This document shows positions 8,104-15,793 of a stretch of 29,892 nt of DNA, in pieces. This DNA comes from Sphingobacteriaceae bacterium (GTDB taxonomy: Bacteria; Bacteroidota; Bacteroidia; B-17B0; Aurantibacillaceae). The DNA is taken from NCBI GenBank assembly GCA_037440045.1, contig JBBIUW010000001.1, forward strand, positions 1-29,892, given 5' to 3'. The position numbers and the translations under genes were made by a program. Numbering within the stretch: the first letter of the stretch is position 1; each line of letters opens with the position of its first letter. The notes beneath the pieces are model-generated. The model saw only the letters and a program-made list of their open reading frames with translations. It was not told the origin of the DNA and did not search any database.

Positions 8104-9335
8104 AAAGTAAGTGAGTGCATTAAAGGCGTATTATCAATAAAATTATCTGGTGTTAAACTAGGCATGATTTTCTCAGACTTATCAAGTAATGTAACCATAA
8201 AGCTTCTGAATAATAACATAGCGGGTGGGTTTTTCTCAACTATGATAGAGAAAATACTTAATGGATGATATGGGACGTCTCCAACCTTATCTTTATTTAA
8301 ATCATATCCTTCATACTTATCCCAATAATTAGAATTAAAAGTATTTAATACTAAACTTCCATTTGTGCTAATATCAAATGTATTTCCAATAAAATTATTT
8401 TTTGTAATTTCATTATCCATACAACTTGCCTGTATCTTCATCCCCCAACCATTAGACTCGAAAACATTTTTTTCAACCTTAATTCGATTAGTGCCTTCCA
8501 TATAAATACCAGACGTATTTCTTTTAAATTTATTTCCGATAATATAACTATCTGATATTTCTTTAAGCATTAATCCATAGGCTGCATCTCCCCAATTCTC
8601 TTCAAATGTGTTATTAAACATTTTTACTTTATGAGTGAACATAACAGCAACACCAGCCCCATTACTTTTAAAAACATTAGAAATATACGCATCGCTGTTG
8701 GAGAACATAAAATGTAACCCGTATCTGATATTGTTAGTTGAGATATTTCTCCAAATAATTGAATTCGTCACAAACTCAAAATAAATACCATCACGGTGTC
8801 CGGAAATAGAATTACCTACTATTTGCAAACTATCACTTTTCCAACAATGTATTCCATTGCCTATTTGTTGTTCTTCAATGCCATATGCAATGAGTTTATT
8901 GTTTTTAATAACACAATGTTTGCTATACTGTAAATAAATTCCAAAAAAATTATCATCCAAAACATTATTGCATATAGAAACATGGTGACTATCGTAAATT
9001 TTTATTCCTCCTGGGTCATTAAGTGTAGCATATCCCGAATGCTGGACTTTAAAACCTGTAAACAAAACGAAATTAGCTTTTATTGATACAACTTCGTACT
9101 GCTTTTGTCCATCTAAAATTGGAAGATTTTTTCCGATTAAGGCTATTGATTTATCAATAATGAGATTTCCTTCTTTGTATATTCCTCCAAACACAACTAT
9201 ACTGTCACCAACTGCACTTTGTTGAACGGCTTTTTTTATAGAATGAAATTCTTTATCGGTACCCACATATAGCTGCCGTGCTTCTAACCTGAAGGAAAGA
9301 AAAAAAACAATTAATATGCAGTGCCAGACTTTCAT
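8100..9335 (-). CDS. nosD: Nitrous oxide reductase maturation protein NosD (beta-helix)
   Basis: GNGIHCWK, HRDGIYFEF, RYGLHFMFS, NYWDKYEGYDLNKDKVGDVPY and CASH-type repeats. Confidence 0.93.
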   Translation of the reverse strand: MKVWHCILIVFFLSFRLEARQLYVGTDKEFHSIKKAVQQSAVGDSIVVFGGIYKEGNLIIDKSIALIGKNLPILDGQKQYEVVSIKANFVLFTGFKVQHSGYATLNDPGGIKIYDSHHVSICNNVLDDNFFGIYLQYSKHCVIKNNKLIAYGIEEQQIGNGIHCWKSDSLQIVGNSISGHRDGIYFEFVTNSIIWRNISTNNIRYGLHFMFSNSDAYISNVFKSNGAGVAVMFTHKVKMFNNTFEENWGDAAYGLMLKEISDSYIIGNKFKRNTSGIYMEGTNRIKVEKNVFESNGWGMKIQASCMDNEITKNNFIGNTFDISTNGSLVLNTFNSNYWDKYEGYDLNKDKVGDVPYHPLSIFSIIVEKNPPAMLLFRSFMVTLLDKSEKIMPSLTPDNFIDNTPLMHSLTL

Positions 9336-9336
9336 G

Positions 9337-9777
9337 TTATTGATTTATTATTTGCCAACTAATTATTTCAGCATTCCATCTAACTAAATATGTGCCTGCA
9401 CTATCTTTATTTGTAAAAGCTGCGACATTGCCTCCCATAGGACTGCTTATATTTTCTCCTTTCACAAACGTTAATTTATCAGAAAGTAATAAATCGTTTG
9501 GTAGTAAATAATTATTGATATAAAAATGAGCATTCGACATTTTATCTTTATTATCATTTTTATAGCTCATCATACAAGCCAAATCATCAAACTTATAGGC
9601 TCGTCCTTTCTCGGTAACTAATTCACATGCAAAACGTTTATCTGAAATTGACATTTTACAATTGTCACAATCATCCTTATTTATATTAATTTTTTCTGGC
9701 CCTGAGTGGCCACATGCAACTAATAAAACAAAAGTAGCAGCACTAATAAATAGGTTTAATTTTTTTAATGTTCTCAT
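9337..9777 (-). CDS. nosL: Copper chaperone lipoprotein NosL
   Basis: CDNCKMSISD, KFDDLACM and SPMGGN motifs; lipobox LVAC. Start moved to the ATG at 9777, which forms an ATGA overlap with the nosB stop. Confidence 0.88.
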   Translation of the reverse strand: MRTLKKLNLFISAATFVLLVACGHSGPEKININKDDCDNCKMSISDKRFACELVTEKGRAYKFDDLACMMSYKNDNKDKMSNAHFYINNYLLPNDLLLSDKLTFVKGENISSPMGGNVAAFTNKDSAGTYLVRWNAEIISWQIINQ

Positions 9778-10352
9778 TTTTTTGAAAATTTTACTTCTTT
9801 TATTACAGCTATTAACATCAATACCCCACTTCCGATAAACATCCAACCACCTGAATCAGGAATAGAATAAGCACCAAAATTAAGCAATTGTTTAAATCCA
9901 ATAAGTGGTGGTTGATAAGCCATTCCAGGAACAATAATTGCAGCATGTGGGTCTAATTCATGTCCGTAATTATATTCCCATCTCCAAAAATCAATCATTG
10001 CTATAACCCCAAATAAAACAAAAAGTGTAAATAAAGTGTACAGGATTTTTTTCTTTCCAAGAACTGCAGCTATTAAAGCTAACACTGCATAAAAAAAGAT
10101 AATATAAGTAAGTATTGAAAACTCTACAAAGTCTTTAGCATGAAGTGTTTTCATACCAATGTAGTGATTTAATCCATTAATGATTTCAACGTCACCACCC
10201 AATTTATCAGCGAAAATTTTCAAATTAAGTCCTTCAGGATATTGTGGTGCATCTAAGTCAATTTGCCATATAGGAACATATACAGAATAGACTAATAAAC
10301 CGGCTGATATTATCAATAAAATTCTTGACAATATGGATATATTATTCTTCAT
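9774..10352 (-). CDS. nosB: Clade II nos accessory membrane protein NosB
   Basis: WQIDLDAPQYPEGL, INGLNHYIGM and GMAYQPPLIG motifs; ~4 TM; sits right after nosZ. Confidence 0.8.
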   Translation of the reverse strand: MKNNISILSRILLIISAGLLVYSVYVPIWQIDLDAPQYPEGLNLKIFADKLGGDVEIINGLNHYIGMKTLHAKDFVEFSILTYIIFFYAVLALIAAVLGKKKILYTLFTLFVLFGVIAMIDFWRWEYNYGHELDPHAAIIVPGMAYQPPLIGFKQLLNFGAYSIPDSGGWMFIGSGVLMLIAVIKEVKFSKK

Positions 10353-10371
10353 GATTTCAAATTTTAAGTAT

Positions 10372-10411
10372 AAAAAAAGGGAGCAGTTTTATTATTTAAT
10401 ACCTGCTCCCC
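10372..10411 (-). terminator. Intrinsic terminator between nosZ and nosB
   Basis: On the - strand: GGGAGCAG-(16 nt)-CTGCTCCC followed by T7. Confidence 0.7.
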
Positions 10412-10429
10412 TTCTAACAATTTCATTTT

Positions 10430-12421
10430 TTATTTGGCAGCAGCCTCTTCAGCCTTAGGTTGGTTGGTACCAACGCTCCATACCAATGGTACATTACTTC
10501 CTGCAGGAGATACGCGAACATATCCTTGCATTTCTTGATGTAATGCACTACAGAAGTCTGTACAATACATTGGAGAAATACCAACTTTATCTGGAGTCCA
10601 TTTTAAAGTTTGAGTTTCGCCTGGCATAATTAACAACTCTGCATTAATTGCACCTTTAATTGCAAATCCGTGCGGAACATCCCAATCTTGTTCTAAGTTT
10701 GTGATATGGAAGTATACTTCATCTCCCATTTTAATTCCTTCGATGTTATCAGGCGCAAAGTGAGAACGAACACAAGTCATATACACATGTACTTTATTCC
10801 CTTCTCTTACTACTTTAGATTCAGGTTCACCTTTAGTTACGTAAGGATGTTTGTTTTCATCGATTTTGAAAATCTTAACTTGATTTTTTTGAATCTTTTC
10901 AGCTAACACCGCTTGAGCATAATGAGGCTCTCCAATAGTTGGGAAATCTAAAATCATTTCCATTTTATCGCCACTGATATCAAATAATTGAGCACTTTGA
11001 GATAACTCTGGACCTGTTGGTAAATAACGGTCTTTAGTAATTTTATTGTAAGCAATTAAATACTTACCTGTAGGATTTTTAGAATCTCCTTCAACCACAC
11101 ATAAGTGACCAACTGAGTAGAAAGTAGGAACACGATCAACTACTTTTAAATCTTTAATGTTCCATTTAACAACTTCTGAAGAAACGAAGAATGAAGTATA
11201 AGCATTTCCTTTAGCATCAAATTCTGTATGCAATGGCCCTAATCCTGGTTTTTTCACTTCACCATATAAAGCTGCCTCATATTTAATAATTGGTAACCCA
11301 TCATAAGCTCCATCAAATGTTTTTGCTGCAATTGCTTTTTGGATTTTATCAAAACTAAATACAGGAATTAATGCTGCTAATTTACCGCTACCTACAATGT
11401 ACTCACCTGTTGGATCAACGTCGCAACCATGAGGAGATTTGGGGCAAGGAATCATATAACATACATCTGGAAAATCTTTTACGTTTAAAACAGTAACTTC
11501 ATTTCTAATTTCAGAAGTTGCAGAATGAGTAACATCGCTGTAAACATTATGTGCGTATTTTGCAGCAACCTTTCTTCCTTTGCCTGCTTTAATATACTCT
11601 TCTGCTTTTTTCCAGTTAACCGCCATGATAAAATCTTTATCTTTTTGAGATGCATTAACCTCTAATAAAGTATTAGCTTGTTCGGTATTATAACAAGAGA
11701 AGAAGAACCATCCGTGTGATTTTCCTTTACCTGCTCGGCTTAAGTCAAAATTTACACCTGGGCATTCTAATTGGAATGCTATATCCATTTTACCATCTTC
11801 TTTACCAACACTAATAAAACTTAAATACCCTTTAAAGTTTTGTTTGTAGGTATTAATAGGCACATCACCATTTACATCATCTGGAGGAACACTGAAACGA
11901 GTCCCCGCTACAACATACTCAGTATTTTCTGTTAAGAAAGGGGAAGAGTGATTACCTGCACTATTTGGTAACTCAATAATTTCTTCTGTTCTAAAAGTTT
12001 TTAAACTAATTCGAGCAACACGAGGGGTATTATTAGCATTACCAAATACCCAACGACCATCTGCATCTCCATTTGTTTTTGATAACTGAACGTGATGTAA
12101 ATCATCCCAAGGTACCATACCATGCGAAGTATTTAACATAGGTTTTGTTTCTTCGCTATATCCCCAACCTTTTTCAGGATCTACCGAAAATACTGGAATT
12201 ACACGAAACAAACGTCCGCTTGGTAAACCATAAACGCTCATTTGTCCACTAAAACCTCCACTCACAAAATTATAAACTTCATCGTATTTGCCCGGAGCAA
12301 CGTACGATTTAACTGCTGCATTACCTGTAACAACATTACTGGTGTTTTGAGGCTTGCATGATTGTAACGCTGCTGCGATAAGTGTACCGCCAACAGCTAG
12401 AGTAACCAAATTGTTTTTCAT
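10430..12421 (-). CDS. nosZ: Sec-dependent (clade II) nitrous-oxide reductase, lipoprotein signal
   Basis: CuZ-type His motifs DDLHH, GNHSS, PKSPHG, GPLHT, VGHL and GEPH; CuA motif CTDFCSALHQEM; signal ...AAALQSC with no twin-Arg. Confidence 0.97.
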   Translation of the reverse strand: MKNNLVTLAVGGTLIAAALQSCKPQNTSNVVTGNAAVKSYVAPGKYDEVYNFVSGGFSGQMSVYGLPSGRLFRVIPVFSVDPEKGWGYSEETKPMLNTSHGMVPWDDLHHVQLSKTNGDADGRWVFGNANNTPRVARISLKTFRTEEIIELPNSAGNHSSPFLTENTEYVVAGTRFSVPPDDVNGDVPINTYKQNFKGYLSFISVGKEDGKMDIAFQLECPGVNFDLSRAGKGKSHGWFFFSCYNTEQANTLLEVNASQKDKDFIMAVNWKKAEEYIKAGKGRKVAAKYAHNVYSDVTHSATSEIRNEVTVLNVKDFPDVCYMIPCPKSPHGCDVDPTGEYIVGSGKLAALIPVFSFDKIQKAIAAKTFDGAYDGLPIIKYEAALYGEVKKPGLGPLHTEFDAKGNAYTSFFVSSEVVKWNIKDLKVVDRVPTFYSVGHLCVVEGDSKNPTGKYLIAYNKITKDRYLPTGPELSQSAQLFDISGDKMEMILDFPTIGEPHYAQAVLAEKIQKNQVKIFKIDENKHPYVTKGEPESKVVREGNKVHVYMTCVRSHFAPDNIEGIKMGDEVYFHITNLEQDWDVPHGFAIKGAINAELLIMPGETQTLKWTPDKVGISPMYCTDFCSALHQEMQGYVRVSPAGSNVPLVWSVGTNQPKAEEAAAK

Positions 12422-12426
12422 ATTAT

Positions 12427-12921
12427 TTATTTTAAACCGTCATTTTTACGCATAAACTCTAATAGTTGTCTTGCTTCATCATCAGTTAAACTTTGATTTG
12501 GCATACGAACTAAACATAATTCCAACATAGCTTGTGCTTCAGGATCTTTATCAATCATAGGATCTGGATTAGTAATAAAGTTCATAATCCATTCACCTGT
12601 TCTACGTGTAGTAACACCTTTCCAACCTGGTCCAACTAATTTCTCTTCTGTATACTTATGACAAGAACCGCATTTTACTCCCGCAGTAGTTTCTCCGGCA
12701 GTTGCTTTTGCTTCATCTAATTTAGTTCCAAGTGTCAATGATTCGGCTGTCCATTTTCCTTCACCTCTTTTAGGATCGTATGATTCGGGAGCAGGAGCTG
12801 CAGCCTGAGGTTGCTCTTGAGTAGTTGTTGCTTGAGTTTCGGTAGATTTTTTTTCTTCGCCTCCACAACTAATTAGCAGAGCCGAAACAGCGAATGATGA
12901 GATAATGATTAAGTTTTTCAT
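12427..12921 (-). CDS. Mono-haem c-type cytochrome lipoprotein, probable NosZ electron donor
   Basis: Lipobox LLISC, CGSCH haem motif, VGPGW and distal RMPNQ; 5 nt upstream of nosZ. Confidence 0.9.
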   Translation of the reverse strand: MKNLIIISSFAVSALLISCGGEEKKSTETQATTTQEQPQAAAPAPESYDPKRGEGKWTAESLTLGTKLDEAKATAGETTAGVKCGSCHKYTEEKLVGPGWKGVTTRRTGEWIMNFITNPDPMIDKDPEAQAMLELCLVRMPNQSLTDDEARQLLEFMRKNDGLK

Positions 12922-12937
12922 AATTAGAATTTTTTAA

Positions 12938-12945
12938 CAAATTTA
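12938..12945 (-). promoter_or_regulatory. Bacteroidota -7 promoter element TAAATTTG of the nos operon
   Basis: Exact TAnnTTTG match 16 nt upstream of the cytochrome ATG and 23 nt from the nearest palindromic box. Confidence 0.65.
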
Positions 12946-12968
12946 GTTTGTTGTGTCGGGTCAAAATT

Positions 12969-13049
12969 ATGATTGAAATCATAAAATAGACTAGATTAAT
13001 ATCATTTATAAATATGATTATAATCATATTTATAAATGATATTATATTT
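12969..13049. promoter_or_regulatory. Phased array of ATGAT-N4-ATCAT boxes upstream of the nos operon
   Basis: ATGAT-TGAA-ATCAT (12969), TAGAT-TAAT-ATCAT (12992), ATGAT-TATA-ATCAT (13014) and a half-site ATGAT (13036); spacings 23, 22 and 22 nt. Confidence 0.72.
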
Positions 13050-13058
13050 TCATATCTC

Positions 13059-13074
13059 ATATATATATATATAT
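13059..13074. repeat. (AT)8 dinucleotide microsatellite
   Basis: ATATATATATATATAT read directly from the sequence. Confidence 0.9.
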
Positions 13075-13134
13075 CAAATACCTGAAGTACTTTGTAATTA
13101 TAAAAACTCAAAAAAACTAAAAGTCTATTTTTGA

Positions 13135-13569
13135 TTATTGGGGTTATTCTTTTCTTTTATAATAGCAAAAACAGAAGAATTCAATGAAGAAAAAACTATC
13201 CATTCAACATCAATAAATTTTTAAAAGAGCTAAAGAGAGACATAAGTTTATCCATTCTTAATACATTTAAAAAGTTTGAATTTTTGATCATAATTATACT
13301 GATTGCTTTAATTCCAGTAATTGGAATAATAAATTCTTTATTATCTTTTATAACTCAGGCTTACTCTAATGACAGATTATAGATTAAAAAGAAAAGGAAT
13401 ATCTGTTAATAAAAGTGAGCGCTTTTATAAGGAAAATAAGTCTGAAATGTTTGCAATAAGCTTGGGGTTTATGTTGTTACGCTTAATTTCTTTAATTCGT
13501 TGGTTTTTAGCTCCAACCTACGGAATTGTAGCTTCTTACACATATTATAAAAATATAGTACAATTATGA
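13135..13569 (+). pseudogene. Frameshifted 3' remnant of an EI24/CysZ-family membrane protein gene
   Basis: Three segments join across two frameshifts: LLGLFFSFIIAKTEEFNEEK / NYPFNINKFLKELKRDISLSILN...LIALIPVIGIINSLLSFITQAYS / MTDYRLKRKGISVNKSERFYKENK...WFLAPTYGIVAS. This follows the EI24 pattern (LSEKTE..YPF..RGI..IP.IG..MDY..ER..W.LAP.Y). Shifts lie near the A6 run at 13190-13195 and near 13369. Confidence 0.65.
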
Positions 13570-13641
13570 TTTTTAAAAATTCATAATATTTAGAATTACC
13601 AATAAAATGACAATTTTAAGACTGTTCGAGATTTTAACGTT

Positions 13642-13770
13642 TAGGGTATCCAGGGGGAGCGCGTTCATTAGCTTTCTAAGTACCTGAAAATCATCAAAAA
13701 AGTTCGATAAATATGACCCATGGGATACTAGACCGGGCTTCTCATCAATGAATGAGTAGTCCGGTTTTAT
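13642..13770 (+). ncRNA. Candidate structured non-coding RNA ending in a terminator-like hairpin (family not recognised)
   Basis: About 42% GC (54/130) versus about 18% (11/60) at 13861-13920. Closing stem GTATCC(13646-51)/GGATAC(13723-28) plus GGG/CCC. Hairpin ACCGGGCT-T-CTCAT-CAATGA-ATGAG-T-AGTCCGGT then TTT. Confidence 0.4.
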
Positions 13771-13999
13771 TACTACTAAAACCTTAAGTGAATTAACATC
13801 TATTTCAACTCAATTATTTAAATTAAAAGTTAGAACAAGTTTCAATCACAAAATAGTAAACCATATTAATAACATGTATACACTGTGTTAAATAAAAAAT
13901 AAAAAAATTTAACTATGGTTAATATTACAAATCCAAAGCTTAATATTTTGTTCTTCATAAGTTAATATGTTCATTTCATAAAGGCTATAGTTTAGCTGT

Positions 14000-15793
14000 A
14001 TGAAACATTTATACCTTTTTTTAGTAATATCAATAAACAGTTTAATCGCTCAAACAGTAACTGTTACAAGAGGACCGTATTTACAGCAAGCTACTCCAAA
14101 TAGCATTATCATAAAATGGCAAACCAATAGCGCAACAAATACAAAAGTAAACTATGGTACAGTGCAAACTAATTTAAGCTCTATTGCTACCAACACAGTT
14201 TCTTCAACAAATCACGAAATAAAAATTACCGGATTATCACCTTACACCAAATACTTTTATTCTGTTGGTTCTACTACTGCTACTTTAGTTGTTGCCGATT
14301 CTAACGTATATTTTAGAACAATGCCTAATTATGGTCAAAAAGGAAATTATCGTTTTTGGGTAATTGGTGATGCTGGTACTGGTGACAACAATCAAAGAAA
14401 TGCAAGAAATGCATTTTTGACTTATAACAATAATAGAAATATTGATGGTTGGATTTGGTTAGGTGATAATGCTTACAATGGTGGATATAACAGCGAATAC
14501 CAATCAAATGTTTTTTCAAATAATACTTATGAAAATCAATTAAAAAACACGGTTGTTTGGCCAGCAGCAGGAAACCATGATTATAACAATCATATTCCTT
14601 TTTCTCCATCACCTGCGTACCTTGATATTTTTTCATTGCCTTCAAACGGTGAATGTGGAGGAGTTCCATCAGGTTCAGAAAAGTACTATTCTTATAATTA
14701 TGGCAATATTCATTTTATTGTACTGGAGTCCTACGACGAAAGTAGGGCTGCAAATGGAGCAATGGCAACATGGTTGCAATCTGATTTAAATGCAAATACT
14801 CAACCGTGGGTTATAGCATATTGGCACCATCCGCCTTATACAAAAGGTAGTCACAATTCAGATAATTCAAACTTTTTGGATGGAGAGTTAGTTGATATTA
14901 GACAAAATATTATTCCAATACTGGAAGCAAAAGGAGTTGATTTAGTTTTAAATGGTCATAGCCATGTTTACGAGCGTTCATATTTATTGGATGGGCATTA
15001 TGGATACTCTAGTTCATTAACCCCGGCTATGAAACTTGATAATACCTCCGGCAATTATCCAACTAGTTGTGCATACAATAAACAAACTAAAACAACCAGT
15101 TCTCATAAAGGGACTGTATATGTTGTTTGTGGATGTTCAGGGAAAAATGATGCTACTCCTTCTTCGGGATGGCCACATCCTGCTATGTATAAGTATATAA
15201 ATACTGTTTATGGTTCAATGGCTGTAGATGTAAAAGACAATAAACTAGAAGGAAAATTCATCACATCTACTGGAACTATTTTTGACTCGTTTACTATTGT
15301 AAAAAATGCGGGGGGAAGTAAAACATACACCGTTTGTCCAAATCAAGAAATTACATTAAAATCTACTTTTCCTGATGCTGTAACTTGGTCGACAGTATCT
15401 CAACAGTCAGATTCTATAACTGTAATTACTCCTACAAGCACCGTTATTTATGCCACAGATTTAGCAGGATGTATTAAAGATACATTTAATATTAATGTTG
15501 TGTTAAGCGGAGTATGTGCTACTGGAATAGATGAAAATAGTACAAATCCTTTTCTATTATATCCAAGTTATCTGCAAACAAACACGAACTATTTAACCAT
15601 AGAAAGTAACTATTCAATAACAACAAATGTAAGACTGATAGACATAAATGGAAAAATAGTATTAGATGAACACCTTGAATTGAAAGAAGGAAAAAATGAA
15701 TTACATGTGCCTACAACATTATCAAGAGGTATTTATTTTATAAAAATAGTAACCGATACTTATGAAAAAACATATAAATTATATGCTGAATAA
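14000..15793 (+). CDS. Purple-acid-phosphatase-like metallophosphoesterase with N-terminal FN3-like domain and T9SS type A CTD
   Basis: PAP ligand motifs GDAG, GDNAY, GNHD, WHHPPY and GHSH; Sec signal; CTD ...LSRGIYFIKI...KTYKLYAE. Confidence 0.88.
   Translation: MKHLYLFLVISINSLIAQTVTVTRGPYLQQATPNSIIIKWQTNSATNTKVNYGTVQTNLSSIATNTVSSTNHEIKITGLSPYTKYFYSVGSTTATLVVADSNVYFRTMPNYGQKGNYRFWVIGDAGTGDNNQRNARNAFLTYNNNRNIDGWIWLGDNAYNGGYNSEYQSNVFSNNTYENQLKNTVVWPAAGNHDYNNHIPFSPSPAYLDIFSLPSNGECGGVPSGSEKYYSYNYGNIHFIVLESYDESRAANGAMATWLQSDLNANTQPWVIAYWHHPPYTKGSHNSDNSNFLDGELVDIRQNIIPILEAKGVDLVLNGHSHVYERSYLLDGHYGYSSSLTPAMKLDNTSGNYPTSCAYNKQTKTTSSHKGTVYVVCGCSGKNDATPSSGWPHPAMYKYINTVYGSMAVDVKDNKLEGKFITSTGTIFDSFTIVKNAGGSKTYTVCPNQEITLKSTFPDAVTWSTVSQQSDSITVITPTSTVIYATDLAGCIKDTFNINVVLSGVCATGIDENSTNPFLLYPSYLQTNTNYLTIESNYSITTNVRLIDINGKIVLDEHLELKEGKNELHVPTTLSRGIYFIKIVTDTYEKTYKLYAE

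Noticed and set aside
9300-9307. 8-nt homopolymer runs in nosD (also at 18805-18812 in the di-haem gene) as phase-variation sites
   Set aside because: A/T runs of this length are expected by chance at this GC content, and both frames are intact.
9778-9846. Longer 169-aa start for nosL
   Set aside because: It overlaps nosB by 73 nt and buries the signal peptide. ATG 9777 gives a clean lipoprotein signal and an ATGA coupling.
10351-10364. ATGATTTCAA half-box overlapping the nosB start
   Set aside because: Second arm absent (AATTT), and no -7 element at the 22-23 nt spacing.
7565-10906. + strand ORFs 7565-7765 and 10706-10906
   Set aside because: Antisense shadows within nosF and nosZ.
12869-13111. 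80-aa - strand ORF over the nos promoter
   Set aside because: Low-complexity I/N/Y translation of AT-rich operator DNA; overlaps the cytochrome gene out of frame.
13369-13569. 66-aa ORF as an independent gene
   Set aside because: Better explained as the last frame segment of the EI24-like pseudogene.
14325-14789. ORFs 14325-14669 (-) and 14553-14789 (+)
   Set aside because: Alternative-frame shadows inside the phosphoesterase gene.
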